NCBI GenBank assembly: GCA_023957775.1
Contig: JAMLGR010000004.1
Span: forward strand, 188,930 to 252,929
Length of the DNA stretch: 64,000 nt
DNA from: Fimbriimonadaceae bacterium
GTDB taxonomy: Bacteria > Armatimonadota > Fimbriimonadia > Fimbriimonadales > Fimbriimonadaceae
Direction: 5' to 3'
How positions within the stretch are numbered: the first letter of the stretch is position 1; every line of letters begins with the position of its first letter. Below are positions 47,366 through 57,300 of the stretch, piece by piece. A model generated the notes under the pieces. It saw only the letters and a list, made by a program, of their open reading frames with translations. It did no database searches and was not told the DNA's origin. The position numbers were made by a program, and so were the translations under genes.

Positions 47366-47395
47366 GGCGTGAGGCGTGAGGCGGGAGGCGGGAGG
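47353..47395. repeat. 7-bp microsatellite (CGTGAGG x4 then CGGGAGG x2) spanning the permease stop codon
   Basis: gcgtgagg g cgtgagg cgtgagg cgtgagg cgggagg cgggagg. The TGA at 47363-47365 is supplied by the second unit. Confidence 0.8.
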
Positions 47396-47443
47396 GGCTT
47401 CCCGCATAATCCGATTCGGCGCGAGAGTTCGCACACAGGGAGA

Positions 47444-47890
47444 ATGAGCATGAATGGCGAGAAGATCTACGAATACGACGTCGACGTCACGGGTGTGACG
47501 GACTTTGGCTTGACGATGGAGGCCGTTCTTTCCGGCCAAGCCGCGGTTCCACCGCAGGGATTGCGGTTCGACGTCGCCTTCGACGGAACGGCGAACGGTC
47601 GCCTTGCGGGACGCGTGAGCGGGATCGACCACGTCCGGATGCGCGCCGACGGCCGCATCGACTTGGACATCCGCGGAGTGATCGTGACCGAGGACGGGCA
47701 TCGCATCGCGCTGGCCGCGGACGGCGTCGCGGTGCCTCGCGCCGACGCGCCGATCGCGGACCTGTTCGAGAATGTCAGCCTCACCACCGCCGCCGAGGGG
47801 TATGCCTGGGTGAACTCGAGGCAGATATGGGGCGTCGGGACCGTCAACTTCGCCGAGGGCAAGGTCCATATCGACGGCTACATGCAGTGA
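47444..47890 (+). CDS. hypothetical protein (DUF3237-like beta-barrel, ~148 aa)
   Basis: Start at MSMNGEKIYEYDVDVTG inside ORF 47369... Composition resembles the DUF3237 family. Confidence 0.45.
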   Translation: MSMNGEKIYEYDVDVTGVTDFGLTMEAVLSGQAAVPPQGLRFDVAFDGTANGRLAGRVSGIDHVRMRADGRIDLDIRGVIVTEDGHRIALAADGVAVPRADAPIADLFENVSLTTAAEGYAWVNSRQIWGVGTVNFAEGKVHIDGYMQ

Positions 47891-47902
47891 GGGGTGTTCC
47901 CC

Positions 47903-49828
47903 CTATCTCACCTTCACCAGCACGACGCCATGCCTCGGCACCTTCGCCTCAAAACTCACGGCGAACGTGCCGAGCTCCTTCTGGCGCCACAGGTCGCGCA
48001 CCCGCTTCCCTCCGCTGATCCCGAGATCCTTCCACGCCACGCGCACCGGCCCTTCCTCCTCGCCAAGGTTGAAGAGCCCGACCGCCAGACCCCCATCCTC
48101 GAGTGGTTTGGCCCACACCTCGGTCTCGCCTACCTTGGCGATCCGGTGGGCGGCCTTCACCAGGGCGTCCTGATCGACGGCGATCACCTCGTCGTTGGTG
48201 AGAAGGCTGAGGGTGAAGGGGTCGAGGGTCGTGATGTCGCCGCTGAGGATCAGGGGTGCGGCCAGAAGGCACCACATCGACATCTGCGTGTACTGCTCGT
48301 TGGGGGTGAACGGCGTCTTGCGTTTGCCGCCCGATCCGGCGATTTGGCCCAGCAGGAGGTAGTCGGGGTCGTTGAACGCGCCCGGCCCGGCGTAGCGGTC
48401 GAGGTGTTGGCGCGCATAGAGATCGAAGCTGTCCTGGAACAAGGTGAACCCGATTCCGAGGTCGCCCGCGGTGCGCCAGCTGTGGCCACCCACCTCTTTG
48501 CCCCACTTCCAAACGTCGGCCATCCCGTATTGGCACAGGTTCAGCACCATGTCCCTGCTTTGCGCCTTCAGCAGATCGCCCATGACCTGGTACGGCTTCT
48601 TGAATCCCTCCACGCCCGGCACCTCGGCCTTGTAGCTGCACCAGTCGTACTTGAGGAGATCGAAGCCCCAATCCGCAAACGTCTTGGCGTCCACAGCCTC
48701 GTGGCCGAACGCCCCCTCGTACCCCGCGCACGTGGTGGGTCCGGGCGACGTGTAGATGCCCGCCTTCAGTCCCTTGCCGTGAATGAACGTCGTCAGCGCC
48801 TTCATGTCGGGGAACTTGGCGTTCGGAAGGATGCGTCCTTGGGCGTCGCGCGTGGGGCCGCCCACCACCGGGTCCTTGCTGCCCGGGACGCGGGCCCAGC
48901 AATCGTCGATGCACACGAACTGCCAGCCGTGTTGGGCCATGCCGTTCGCGACCATCGCGTCGGCCGCCTCGCGCATGATGGCGTCGCTCACGCCGCCCAT
49001 CCACACGTACCAACTGTTCCAGCCCATCTGCGGAGTCAGCGCGATGGCGTCGCCGCACACGATCTTGAGGTTCCGGGTCGCCGTGCCCTTGCGGTTGGTG
49101 GCCCGCAGCGCCACCGTGTAGGTGCCTCGCTTGGCGATCGCGCCCGTGATGCGGCCGCTGCTCGGATCGAGCGTGAGGCTGTCGGGCAGGCCGGTCGCCG
49201 AGAACCGCATCGGCCGCACGCCGGTGGCCGGCACCAGGTAGAGGAAGGGGTGTAGCGGTCGGGCACCCGTGACCGTCGGGCCGTTGATCCTCGGGCTGGC
49301 TGGAGGCGGTGGGGTGAGGATCACGGCCTTCTCGATGGGCGGAACGAGCGCCGCGGGTTTGGCGCCCGTGTACTCGATGGTGGCCTCGGCCCAGTCGCCG
49401 TGGTCGAAGTCGATGCCGTCGCCGGCGTCGTCCACCACAAGACTCAGGATCTTGACGCCGCGGAGGGGGACGCTTGCCTCGACGGGCGGCTGCTTCCACG
49501 AGAGCCTCGGACTCTTCCAGAGCTCTTTCCCGTCCCCGAGTACGTGGAAGACGACGCTGGCGTTGGCCGAGCCCGCGTCGTCGTCCACCCCGCAGAACGC
49601 ATGGAATCGCGTCGCCTTGCCATCGAGCCGGATCTTGAAGGTGCTGATCGCATGCGTTCCCAAGCCCTTGTCGAAGGTCCGCCCCGCGATCGAGAGCGGC
49701 TGGTTGGTCACCGACCGGTTCTGCACCGGCGACCCCCAGCCTTGGCGGATGTGCGAAAGGTCGAGATCGGAGACGAACACGGTCGAGGTTTGGATCGAAC
49801 CGAGCAGTGCCAGGCAGATCAGATTCAC
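47903..49828 (-). CDS. NPCBM-domain + glycoside hydrolase family 27 alpha-galactosidase / alpha-N-acetylgalactosaminidase-like
   Basis: GTG start. N-terminal NPCBM-like module (LDLSHIRQGWGSPVQNRSVTNQPLSIAGRTFDKGLGTHA). GH27 catalytic region (MGWNSWYVW, CIDDCW, DLLKYDWC). Confidence 0.8.
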   Translation of the reverse strand: MNLICLALLGSIQTSTVFVSDLDLSHIRQGWGSPVQNRSVTNQPLSIAGRTFDKGLGTHAISTFKIRLDGKATRFHAFCGVDDDAGSANASVVFHVLGDGKELWKSPRLSWKQPPVEASVPLRGVKILSLVVDDAGDGIDFDHGDWAEATIEYTGAKPAALVPPIEKAVILTPPPPASPRINGPTVTGARPLHPFLYLVPATGVRPMRFSATGLPDSLTLDPSSGRITGAIAKRGTYTVALRATNRKGTATRNLKIVCGDAIALTPQMGWNSWYVWMGGVSDAIMREAADAMVANGMAQHGWQFVCIDDCWARVPGSKDPVVGGPTRDAQGRILPNAKFPDMKALTTFIHGKGLKAGIYTSPGPTTCAGYEGAFGHEAVDAKTFADWGFDLLKYDWCSYKAEVPGVEGFKKPYQVMGDLLKAQSRDMVLNLCQYGMADVWKWGKEVGGHSWRTAGDLGIGFTLFQDSFDLYARQHLDRYAGPGAFNDPDYLLLGQIAGSGGKRKTPFTPNEQYTQMSMWCLLAAPLILSGDITTLDPFTLSLLTNDEVIAVDQDALVKAAHRIAKVGETEVWAKPLEDGGLAVGLFNLGEEEGPVRVAWKDLGISGGKRVRDLWRQKELGTFAVSFEAKVPRHGVVLVKVR

Positions 49829-49872
49829 GGTGGCTCGAGGTTACCGGGAACCGGATAGAATCGAATCGAGCC

Positions 49873-51861
49873 ATGCTCTCCCTTCTTCTTGCCGTGATGC
49901 AAACGTCTTCGTTCTCGTTCCATGCGCCGACGCCCGACTCGTTCGAGGTCCGTTGGCGCGACAAGCCCGTGCTGGCCGCGAGCGGGGTGGGTCCGCGGGT
50001 CGAACCCGCGCGAGCGGTCGAGCCTTGCGAGTCCCTCTTTCTCGGCTATCCGCACGGCCCGAAGACCGCCGAGTTCGTACCTCCCGGACGCGAGCGCGAG
50101 ACCTACACGATGGTGCTCGAGCGGATCCACGGCACGATCTCGGCTTCGGCAGACGCGTTTGCGTGCACCGACGACCCGAAGGTGCCGCTTGGCAGCACCT
50201 TTGGCCGACCTGTGATCGAAGGCGCCAACGCCGTGTACGATCGGACGGGCGATTGGCTGATCAGCGTGGAAGGCGGACCGGTATCGATCCAGCCCGTCGG
50301 AAACACGGAGTTCAGCATCGAGTGCGCGGTGCCATGCACCGTTCGATTCAAGCCGAACTACTACCGCGACCACCTCGGCTACTTCCTTTGGGACAAGTCC
50401 AAACCTCTGTGGAAGGAGCCGGTGGCGGGCTGGTGCTCCTGGATGGCGCACCTGCAGGGCGTGACCGAGCGCGATGTCCTGGCGGCGGCCCGTTTCTTCT
50501 CGGAGAACCTGAAGGCGTACGGCTACGACATCGTGCAGATCGACGACGGCTACCAGCGGGTGCTCCAGTTCGGGCAGGACAACAAGGGTGGGGAACCGTT
50601 CTCGAACTACTGGACTCGGCCGAACGAGAAATTCCCGCACGGCATGGAGGCGCTGGCCCACGAGATCAAGGCGCTCGGCATGACCCCAGGCGTGTGGGTC
50701 GGTTACTACCTTCCGCTGGGTCTGCAGCACAAGGAAGGCTATGTCACCGATCCCGATGGGCAACCGCACAAGGGGCCGTGGGTGAACTACGCGATGAACG
50801 GCCTTGACGGCCCGGCGCGGGACGAGGCGTACATCGACACGATCCGCCAGTTCAAACGGCAGGGCTGGGACTACTTCAAGATCGACACGCTGCGGCACGT
50901 GCTGTACGACAGCTACCGCCAGGTGCCCGACTACTGGAAGGCGCGCGGCGAATCGATGGAGGCCGCGTACCGGACGATCTTGGCGGAAACCAAGAAGGCC
51001 GCGAAGGACTCCTATGTGCTGGCGTGCTGGGGCACGATTCCCGAACTCGCGGGGCTGGCGGACGGCGCGCGGATCGGCGAGGACGTGGGACCGGACTTCG
51101 ACAGCATGCGCCGCAGCGCGAAGTACATCGCGCAGTTCCAGTATCTGAACAACGTCGTGTGGCGCAACGACCCCGACTACATGTGCTTCCGCGTGCCCAT
51201 CGACCAGGCGCGCGCGTGGGCGACGCTGACGTTCCTTGCGGGAGGCCATCTGATGGTGAGCGATCCCATCGCGGCGTACGACGCCGCGCACCTCGACGCG
51301 TTGCGCCGCGTGGGACCGCCCATCTTCACCCGCCCGCTCAACGTGGTCTCCCACGGTCCCGACCCCGAGTTCATGACGTTGAACGCCGAGAAGGGGGGCG
51401 AGCAGTGGACGGTCATGGCGCGGTTCGCGTGGCAGGATCTGCCCGCGCGGGAGGTCGCGACTCCGGGCAAAGGCCGGTTCCTGGCGTTCGATTTCTGGAA
51501 CGAAGAGTTCTTGGGCAGCGTGGAGGCCGCGTCCTTCCGCGCGCTTCCGAAGGGCCAGTGCCAGGTGCTCTCCCTGAGGCCGGACCTCGGGCGTCCGCAG
51601 GTGCTGGGCACCAACCGCCACCTGAGCCAGGGAGCGTACGAACTCGAAAACGTTCGGTGGGCTAACGATCGCCTATCGGGCCGGTTTCTGCGCGGCCCGG
51701 GTCAGGCGTGGTCGGTCTTCATTCGCGTTCCCGCCGGCTGGAAGGTCGTGGAGGCATCCGTGCCGCACGCGCTGGACGGAGAGGTGCTGAAGTTGACGTT
51801 CCCGGTGGGCGGCGATCCGGCGGGCTGGAGCGTTCGATTCTCAAAGGGCGCACTGCACTAG
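49873..51861 (+). CDS. clan GH-D-like glycoside hydrolase (GH36-like alpha-galactosidase family, uncertain)
   Basis: AGWCSWMAH and VQIDDGYQ motifs reminiscent of GH36/GH27 clan D. Signal-like start MLSLLLAVMQTSS. Divergent from the GH27 gene with only a 44-bp spacer. Confidence 0.55.
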   Translation: MLSLLLAVMQTSSFSFHAPTPDSFEVRWRDKPVLAASGVGPRVEPARAVEPCESLFLGYPHGPKTAEFVPPGRERETYTMVLERIHGTISASADAFACTDDPKVPLGSTFGRPVIEGANAVYDRTGDWLISVEGGPVSIQPVGNTEFSIECAVPCTVRFKPNYYRDHLGYFLWDKSKPLWKEPVAGWCSWMAHLQGVTERDVLAAARFFSENLKAYGYDIVQIDDGYQRVLQFGQDNKGGEPFSNYWTRPNEKFPHGMEALAHEIKALGMTPGVWVGYYLPLGLQHKEGYVTDPDGQPHKGPWVNYAMNGLDGPARDEAYIDTIRQFKRQGWDYFKIDTLRHVLYDSYRQVPDYWKARGESMEAAYRTILAETKKAAKDSYVLACWGTIPELAGLADGARIGEDVGPDFDSMRRSAKYIAQFQYLNNVVWRNDPDYMCFRVPIDQARAWATLTFLAGGHLMVSDPIAAYDAAHLDALRRVGPPIFTRPLNVVSHGPDPEFMTLNAEKGGEQWTVMARFAWQDLPAREVATPGKGRFLAFDFWNEEFLGSVEAASFRALPKGQCQVLSLRPDLGRPQVLGTNRHLSQGAYELENVRWANDRLSGRFLRGPGQAWSVFIRVPAGWKVVEASVPHALDGEVLKLTFPVGGDPAGWSVRFSKGALH

Positions 51862-51865
51862 AACG

Positions 51866-52963
51866 ATGCTCCTCGCTCTCGTACTGCTCGCAACCACGTT
51901 CCAGAATCCGCTGAAGGACGCAGGCACGTTTCCGATCGCGGTGTGGCTTCAGGACCCCGGGCAGGCGACACGGTACAAGTCAGCCGGCATCAACCTTTAT
52001 GTAGGGTTGTGGCAGGGTCCGACGGAGGAGCAACTCGCCGCGCTCAAGAAGGCTGGCATGCCCGTCGTGTGCGACCAGAACGCCGTGGGCCTTCGGCATC
52101 TTGCGGACCCCACGATCGTCGCTTGGATGCACGGCGACGAACCGGACAACGCGCAGGCGGTCATCGACCCCGCGACGGGGAAGCAGACGTGGGGCCCGTG
52201 CGTGCCTCCCGCCCGCATCGTAGCGGATTATCGGCGTCTCAAGTCGGCGGATCCGAGCCGGCCGGTGTTGCTGAACCTTGGCCAGGGGGTCGCCAACGAC
52301 GCGTGGAAGGGCCGGGGCAACGGCGCGAAGCTCGACGACTACAAGACCTATGTGCAGGGTAGCGACATCGTGTCGTTCGACGTGTATCCCGTCGCGGGCG
52401 TCGGCGAGCCGCTCCAGCTCGGGCTTGTCGCCAAGGGAGTGGACCGCCTCAAGGCGTGGGCCGACGACAAGAAGCGGATCTGGACGTGCCTCGAGTGCAC
52501 CGACATCGGAGCCAAGGGCAAGGCCACCCCTGCTCAGGTCAAGGCCGAGGCGTGGTCCGCGATCATCCACGGCGCCCGAGGGCTGATCTACTTCGTCCAC
52601 CAGTTTCAGCCGAAGTTCAACGAGCACGCGCTGTTGGACGACCCCGAAATGCTGGCCGCGGTGACCTCGCTCAACAAGCAGATCCAACGGTACGCGCTTC
52701 GCCTCGGGAATGTGCGCCGCGCCGGGGTCATGTTCGACAACGGTATCCACAGCTGGGCGTCGACGGTGGGTGGCAATGCGACGTTGTTCGCGGTGTCGCT
52801 GGAGGACCATCCCGTGACCGCGGTGTTGCAGTTGCCCGCCGAACTGCGGCAGAGCGTTGTCGAGGAGATCGAGGAGGGTCGCATGCTCTCGCTTTACGAC
52901 GGCAGAGCTGCCGAGACGTTTGCCCCGTACCAGGTGCACATCTACCGAATCGGCGCCCGCTAG
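51866..52963 (+). CDS. hypothetical secreted TIM-barrel-like protein, possible clan GH-A glycoside hydrolase
   Basis: Signal peptide MLLALVLLATTF. WMHGDEPDN resembles the acid/base NEP motif of clan GH-A. Starts 4 bp after the upstream gene. Confidence 0.4.
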   Translation: MLLALVLLATTFQNPLKDAGTFPIAVWLQDPGQATRYKSAGINLYVGLWQGPTEEQLAALKKAGMPVVCDQNAVGLRHLADPTIVAWMHGDEPDNAQAVIDPATGKQTWGPCVPPARIVADYRRLKSADPSRPVLLNLGQGVANDAWKGRGNGAKLDDYKTYVQGSDIVSFDVYPVAGVGEPLQLGLVAKGVDRLKAWADDKKRIWTCLECTDIGAKGKATPAQVKAEAWSAIIHGARGLIYFVHQFQPKFNEHALLDDPEMLAAVTSLNKQIQRYALRLGNVRRAGVMFDNGIHSWASTVGGNATLFAVSLEDHPVTAVLQLPAELRQSVVEEIEEGRMLSLYDGRAAETFAPYQVHIYRIGAR

Positions 52964-53025
52964 GTCGTGGCACCCAGGGTGTTGCGACAGTCTGCGACGG
53001 GAGATCCGGGTTACACTGAACTGCT

Positions 53026-54285
53026 GTGTGGAAGTTCTGGCTGCCCGCATTGGCCCTGGGAATCGTCGCGCTTGTCGCTGCCTACCGGCGCCCGGCACCG
53101 GCAACGCAGTTCCGGCTGCTGGGCTTTCAGCGGGCGGAAGATGCGCCGGGTATGGTCGTGGATGGCGTTCGTCTGAGGCGCACCATCAGTCGCGCCGACT
53201 CCGTTGCCTTTGCCTGGGTCGACCTGGGTTCGCACCGGCCCAAAGATCTGAATCAAAAGCTGCAGCCCGGTGACGTTCTCTTCGCGCTGGAGGCAAAGAA
53301 CGGCGACTCCTTCCCCCTGGAGGCGAACGTTGTCTCTGACGTCAAGCAGACCAGCGTGGCCTGCATCAACTTCCTGCCGGGATCGGGCGGGTCGTTCGTC
53401 GACCCGTGGCTCGTCGCTTCGATCGACGGCCGGGAGGTCGCGCGGTGGCCCCTGCCGAACTACCCCACCGACACGTTGCACATTCCTGCCGATGAGCCCA
53501 CGGTCACCCGGATCGACGACGTCCTGGGTTTCTCCATCGAAGCGACCGCTACGAAGACGGTGCAAGAGAAGTTTGTGGGGAGGGAGACCGGCTTCGTGAA
53601 CCTGCACCTGCGCTTGGACGGGCAATTCCCCCCCGACCTCGAAGTCTGGCTGCACCACTCGATCACCGAGTCCACATGGCGCAAGGAGCGGTACTGGAGC
53701 GGCGGCGGTTCTCGCTTCACCGAGCCGCGCTCGACGAGCGAAGGTCAGGGGGCGGAGTTTGCAGCCTATGCCGATCGGGTGCGTGTCGTGGGCGACGTCG
53801 AAGTGCGCCAGAGTTACGAGGAGGCGGCCGTGTTCCGCGGACTCTTGGTTTTGCGCGACCCGCGGACAGGACAGTTGGCGATCGCAAACAGGCGCGAGCA
53901 GCGGGTCGTGCTTTCGACTGGCCTTGAAGTGGTCATGCCGGTGTTTCAACTCCCGGTCGAGATGGATCCCTCCGGACAAGCCCAAGTGGGTTTCAACGTC
54001 ACGTTCCCGCAAGGGACCCAGAACCTGGACTTGCCAGGAGCCCAGAACGTGTTGCGCTCCACCCACGGCGTTTCCCTGAGCTTCGGCAAGATCGTCGCGA
54101 ACACGACCTGGTCGGGTGCGGGTGGAGGGATCAGCCGCGGCGGCTGGGCGGTCCGCATGTTGGTGGACCCGAAGAGTGTGAAGGCGGGCGTGAAGTTCGA
54201 CGTTTCCTTGGGAGTGAAGCATCACGTCGTAGTGGGCAAGAAGGAGTTTCAACTCCTTGTTCCATTGCAGCGGCTGGATGGGTGA
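53026..54285 (+). CDS. hypothetical membrane-anchored protein (419 aa), unknown function
   Basis: N-terminal TM helix (MWKFWLPALALGIVALVAAY). Coding-like composition and no recognisable motifs. Confidence 0.55.
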   Translation: MWKFWLPALALGIVALVAAYRRPAPATQFRLLGFQRAEDAPGMVVDGVRLRRTISRADSVAFAWVDLGSHRPKDLNQKLQPGDVLFALEAKNGDSFPLEANVVSDVKQTSVACINFLPGSGGSFVDPWLVASIDGREVARWPLPNYPTDTLHIPADEPTVTRIDDVLGFSIEATATKTVQEKFVGRETGFVNLHLRLDGQFPPDLEVWLHHSITESTWRKERYWSGGGSRFTEPRSTSEGQGAEFAAYADRVRVVGDVEVRQSYEEAAVFRGLLVLRDPRTGQLAIANRREQRVVLSTGLEVVMPVFQLPVEMDPSGQAQVGFNVTFPQGTQNLDLPGAQNVLRSTHGVSLSFGKIVANTTWSGAGGGISRGGWAVRMLVDPKSVKAGVKFDVSLGVKHHVVVGKKEFQLLVPLQRLDG

Positions 54286-54361
54286 GCGACGATTCAGAGG
54301 GTGCCACGCCCGCTTGACGGGCGTGAGTTCTAGTCTCCGATCCCCTTAGGTTGCTGCCAAA

Positions 54362-57300
54362 CTACTTCGGCAGCCTAACGATTCTTGCTGAGCGCAAAGT
54401 CACCGGACCCAGCAGCCCCGATTCCAGCAGCGGCGAGTCCTTGTTGTAGAAGTGCCAGGTCGTGAAGGCGATGCGCCCGGTCTTGGGCCGGGGTTCGCCC
54501 TTGACCAGCCAGTCCGGCCAACCCTTCAACCGGTTGCCAGCCCACTCGACATCGGGCGGGAGTTGCTCGTCCCCGATCAGGCGATTCGGCCACAGGTTGG
54601 TCACCCGCACTTCAAGCGCGTTCGCGCCCGGCTTCAGCGCCTGGGTGACGTCCAAGCGGAAGGGCTCCTTCCAGAGCACCCCGAGGCTCTTGCCGTTGAG
54701 AACGACCTCGGCGAAGTTCTTCACGCGCCCGAGATCCAGCCATACAACGCGGCCCGGAGCCAAGAACGCAGAGGGGACCGTGACCTGTTTCGTGTACGTG
54801 GCGGTCCCGGAGAAGTAGCGGACGCCGGAAACCGGGTGGTCGGTCCAAGAGATCAGCCTCGACAGTTCCACCTGAGGTGGGGCACCCAGCTTGGGCGGAA
54901 ACGCAAGATGCCACGCCCCGCCGATGGCGAGGCGAAGGGGGCTGTCTGAGACGGCCACTGAACGCGTTGCACCGGTGCTGCTCTTGGTCGACAGCGTGCC
55001 CTTCGCCCAGGGGATCAGCTCGACCTCGCCCCGCGCGTTGGTGCGGAGCGTGGAGGAGGGGAAGGCGGGAGGAGCCGCAATTCTCAGGAGAGTCAATGTC
55101 TCGTTCTCTGCGACCGTTTGGCTCATCGCCTTTCCATCCAGCGTGTAGTCGATTCGAAGCCGCTTCACGACGTTGACAGCCGGATCGCCGAACATCCCGT
55201 TGGTCGCGGGGATCTCCACCTGACCCTCCGCCACGAGGCGGCGGACAGTCTCGGTGACATCCGCCCCGAGCCCGTCGGCCGTCTCGTAGCGCGCGCGTGT
55301 GATCACGATCTTCGGCGGGGCCACGACCTTGCGGTCGGGATCGACGAACTCCGCGGACACGAGATGCGCGCGGGTCGCGGGGCGTCGGAACACGACGAAC
55401 GTCGAGCCTGCAGGATCGAAATGCAAAGGCACCGTGGTTCGTCCGCCCTCGACGCGGTAGGCTGGCGCGTCCCGCATCGTTCCTGTCGCGGCGTCCCACA
55501 GCTCGGGAACCCGGCCGGCGACCCGGAACGTGCACTCGACGTCCGCGGGCAGATACCGCTGGTTGGACACGAAGTACACCTCCGCTCCTTCCACCCGTCG
55601 GTGGATGAAGGCCGTGCGCCCGCCCCGGGCCTCGTAATCCGGCGAAACCGCGAGCCCGGCAAACACCTCTTCCAGAGGCTTGCCCCAAACGACCCGCCCT
55701 TGCCCGAAGCGGTGCTCCTTCACCGTCTCGCCGTCCAGACCGCCCCACACCTCCTCCGCAATGGCGCGCACTTCGGCATCGCCCCTCGGCACGTCGGCGA
55801 GGCTGGGGGATCGCGTCGGCTTCGGGCCGACCACCGTGGCACCCGCCAGCACGAGCGAGCGGATCTTGCGCGCCAGCCGCGGGGTCATGAGCGGGGAATC
55901 GGGCAGCACCAGCACGCGGTACTCCATACCGCTGGGGAGGATGATTCGGCCGTTGCGTACACCTGCTTGGCCAAGAAGCAGGGTGGCGTCGATGCCGTCG
56001 TAATCGTAGCCGGCGGGAATGGCGGGCTGGAGTTGACTGCGCGAGGGGAGATCGTTGGGCGCCCCTTCGCCGACGAAGTAGGCCGCGTCGGCCACGAACC
56101 GACCTTGCTGCAGCAGGAACTGGCAGCGCGCGACGTACCGCAGCCACGCAGAGGCTTCGTCCCACCACGTGATCGTGCGCTCAAGATGGGTGCCCCAGGG
56201 CCCCATCGTCATCCCCGGCTGCAGGTTCATCCAGGGCTGATGCGCGTAGCGATGGAAGATGTATCGGTTAATGCCCTGGGTGAACACGAAGTCGCCCAGC
56301 GCTTTGATCGAGTACGGCTCGACGAGGTAGCGGCCGCGCTGCTCGTCGGCGGTGAAGGACTCGGCGCCCACCACCTGGTGCCCGTACGTGTGACCGATCG
56401 AGGCGGCGAGCTTCGTGGTCTCCATCGCCCCACCGCTGACCCAGAACTCGCCCATCGGAATGTCGGCGCGGCCTCCCGCCTGCATCGTATCGAAGCCGCC
56501 GTTGCCGTAAGGCTCGGTGGAGAACTGGAGTCCCGCCTTGTGGCACAGCTCCCCGAAGTAGCCGAAGTAATTGTCGGCATAGAGGTCCGCGATCGTGCGT
56601 CGGAAGTCCCACAGGAAGCGCTCGGTCGTCGCCGGGCTGCCGATCGTCCAGCCCGCGATGGTCGGCAGGTAGGGAAGTGGGTCGTAGCCTCGGCGCGCGC
56701 GGAACTCTTCTCGGAACTTGGGGGTCCAGTTCTGGCTGCCGACCTCGTAGCTGTCAATCAGCGCGTTGTTCAGCACTTTGCCGGCGAGGGGCCCGACGTC
56801 GGCGAGCACCTTGGCCATCATGCCGGCCCAGTGCATATCGAGCGCCTCGCGGCTGAGCTTGTCCACTTCCAGCCCATCGCCTTCGGGCGGCGCCGGATGG
56901 TTGTCTTTGCCCGTCGGGGTGTGCCCCATGCGCAAAATCGTCCAGTTGCCCGCAGGCACGTCCCATTGGAGATGGCCAGTGGCGTCCATTTTGGAGGTGA
57001 GATCGATCAAGCCCTCCAGCGGGACCGGCGCGGAGGTCGCCGGCTGGTCGAGCGGTCGCAGGCCGTCGGTGCGCACGACGCCCGTGCGCCCGAGGAACTG
57101 TGGGGGTTGCGCGCCCTTGCCTCCCGCGGGAGTGCGGAACGCGAACACGGCGATGTCCTTGTGGTAGTCGACCGCGCGCACCACCTGCGGCGCTTTGGGG
57201 ATGGCAAGGGTCTTTGAGAAGTGCGCGGGGCCGGAAACGGTCTCTTCCGACCAGGCCAGCACCTGCATCGCGTTTTCGGGCGTGATCCAAGGTCCGCCGC

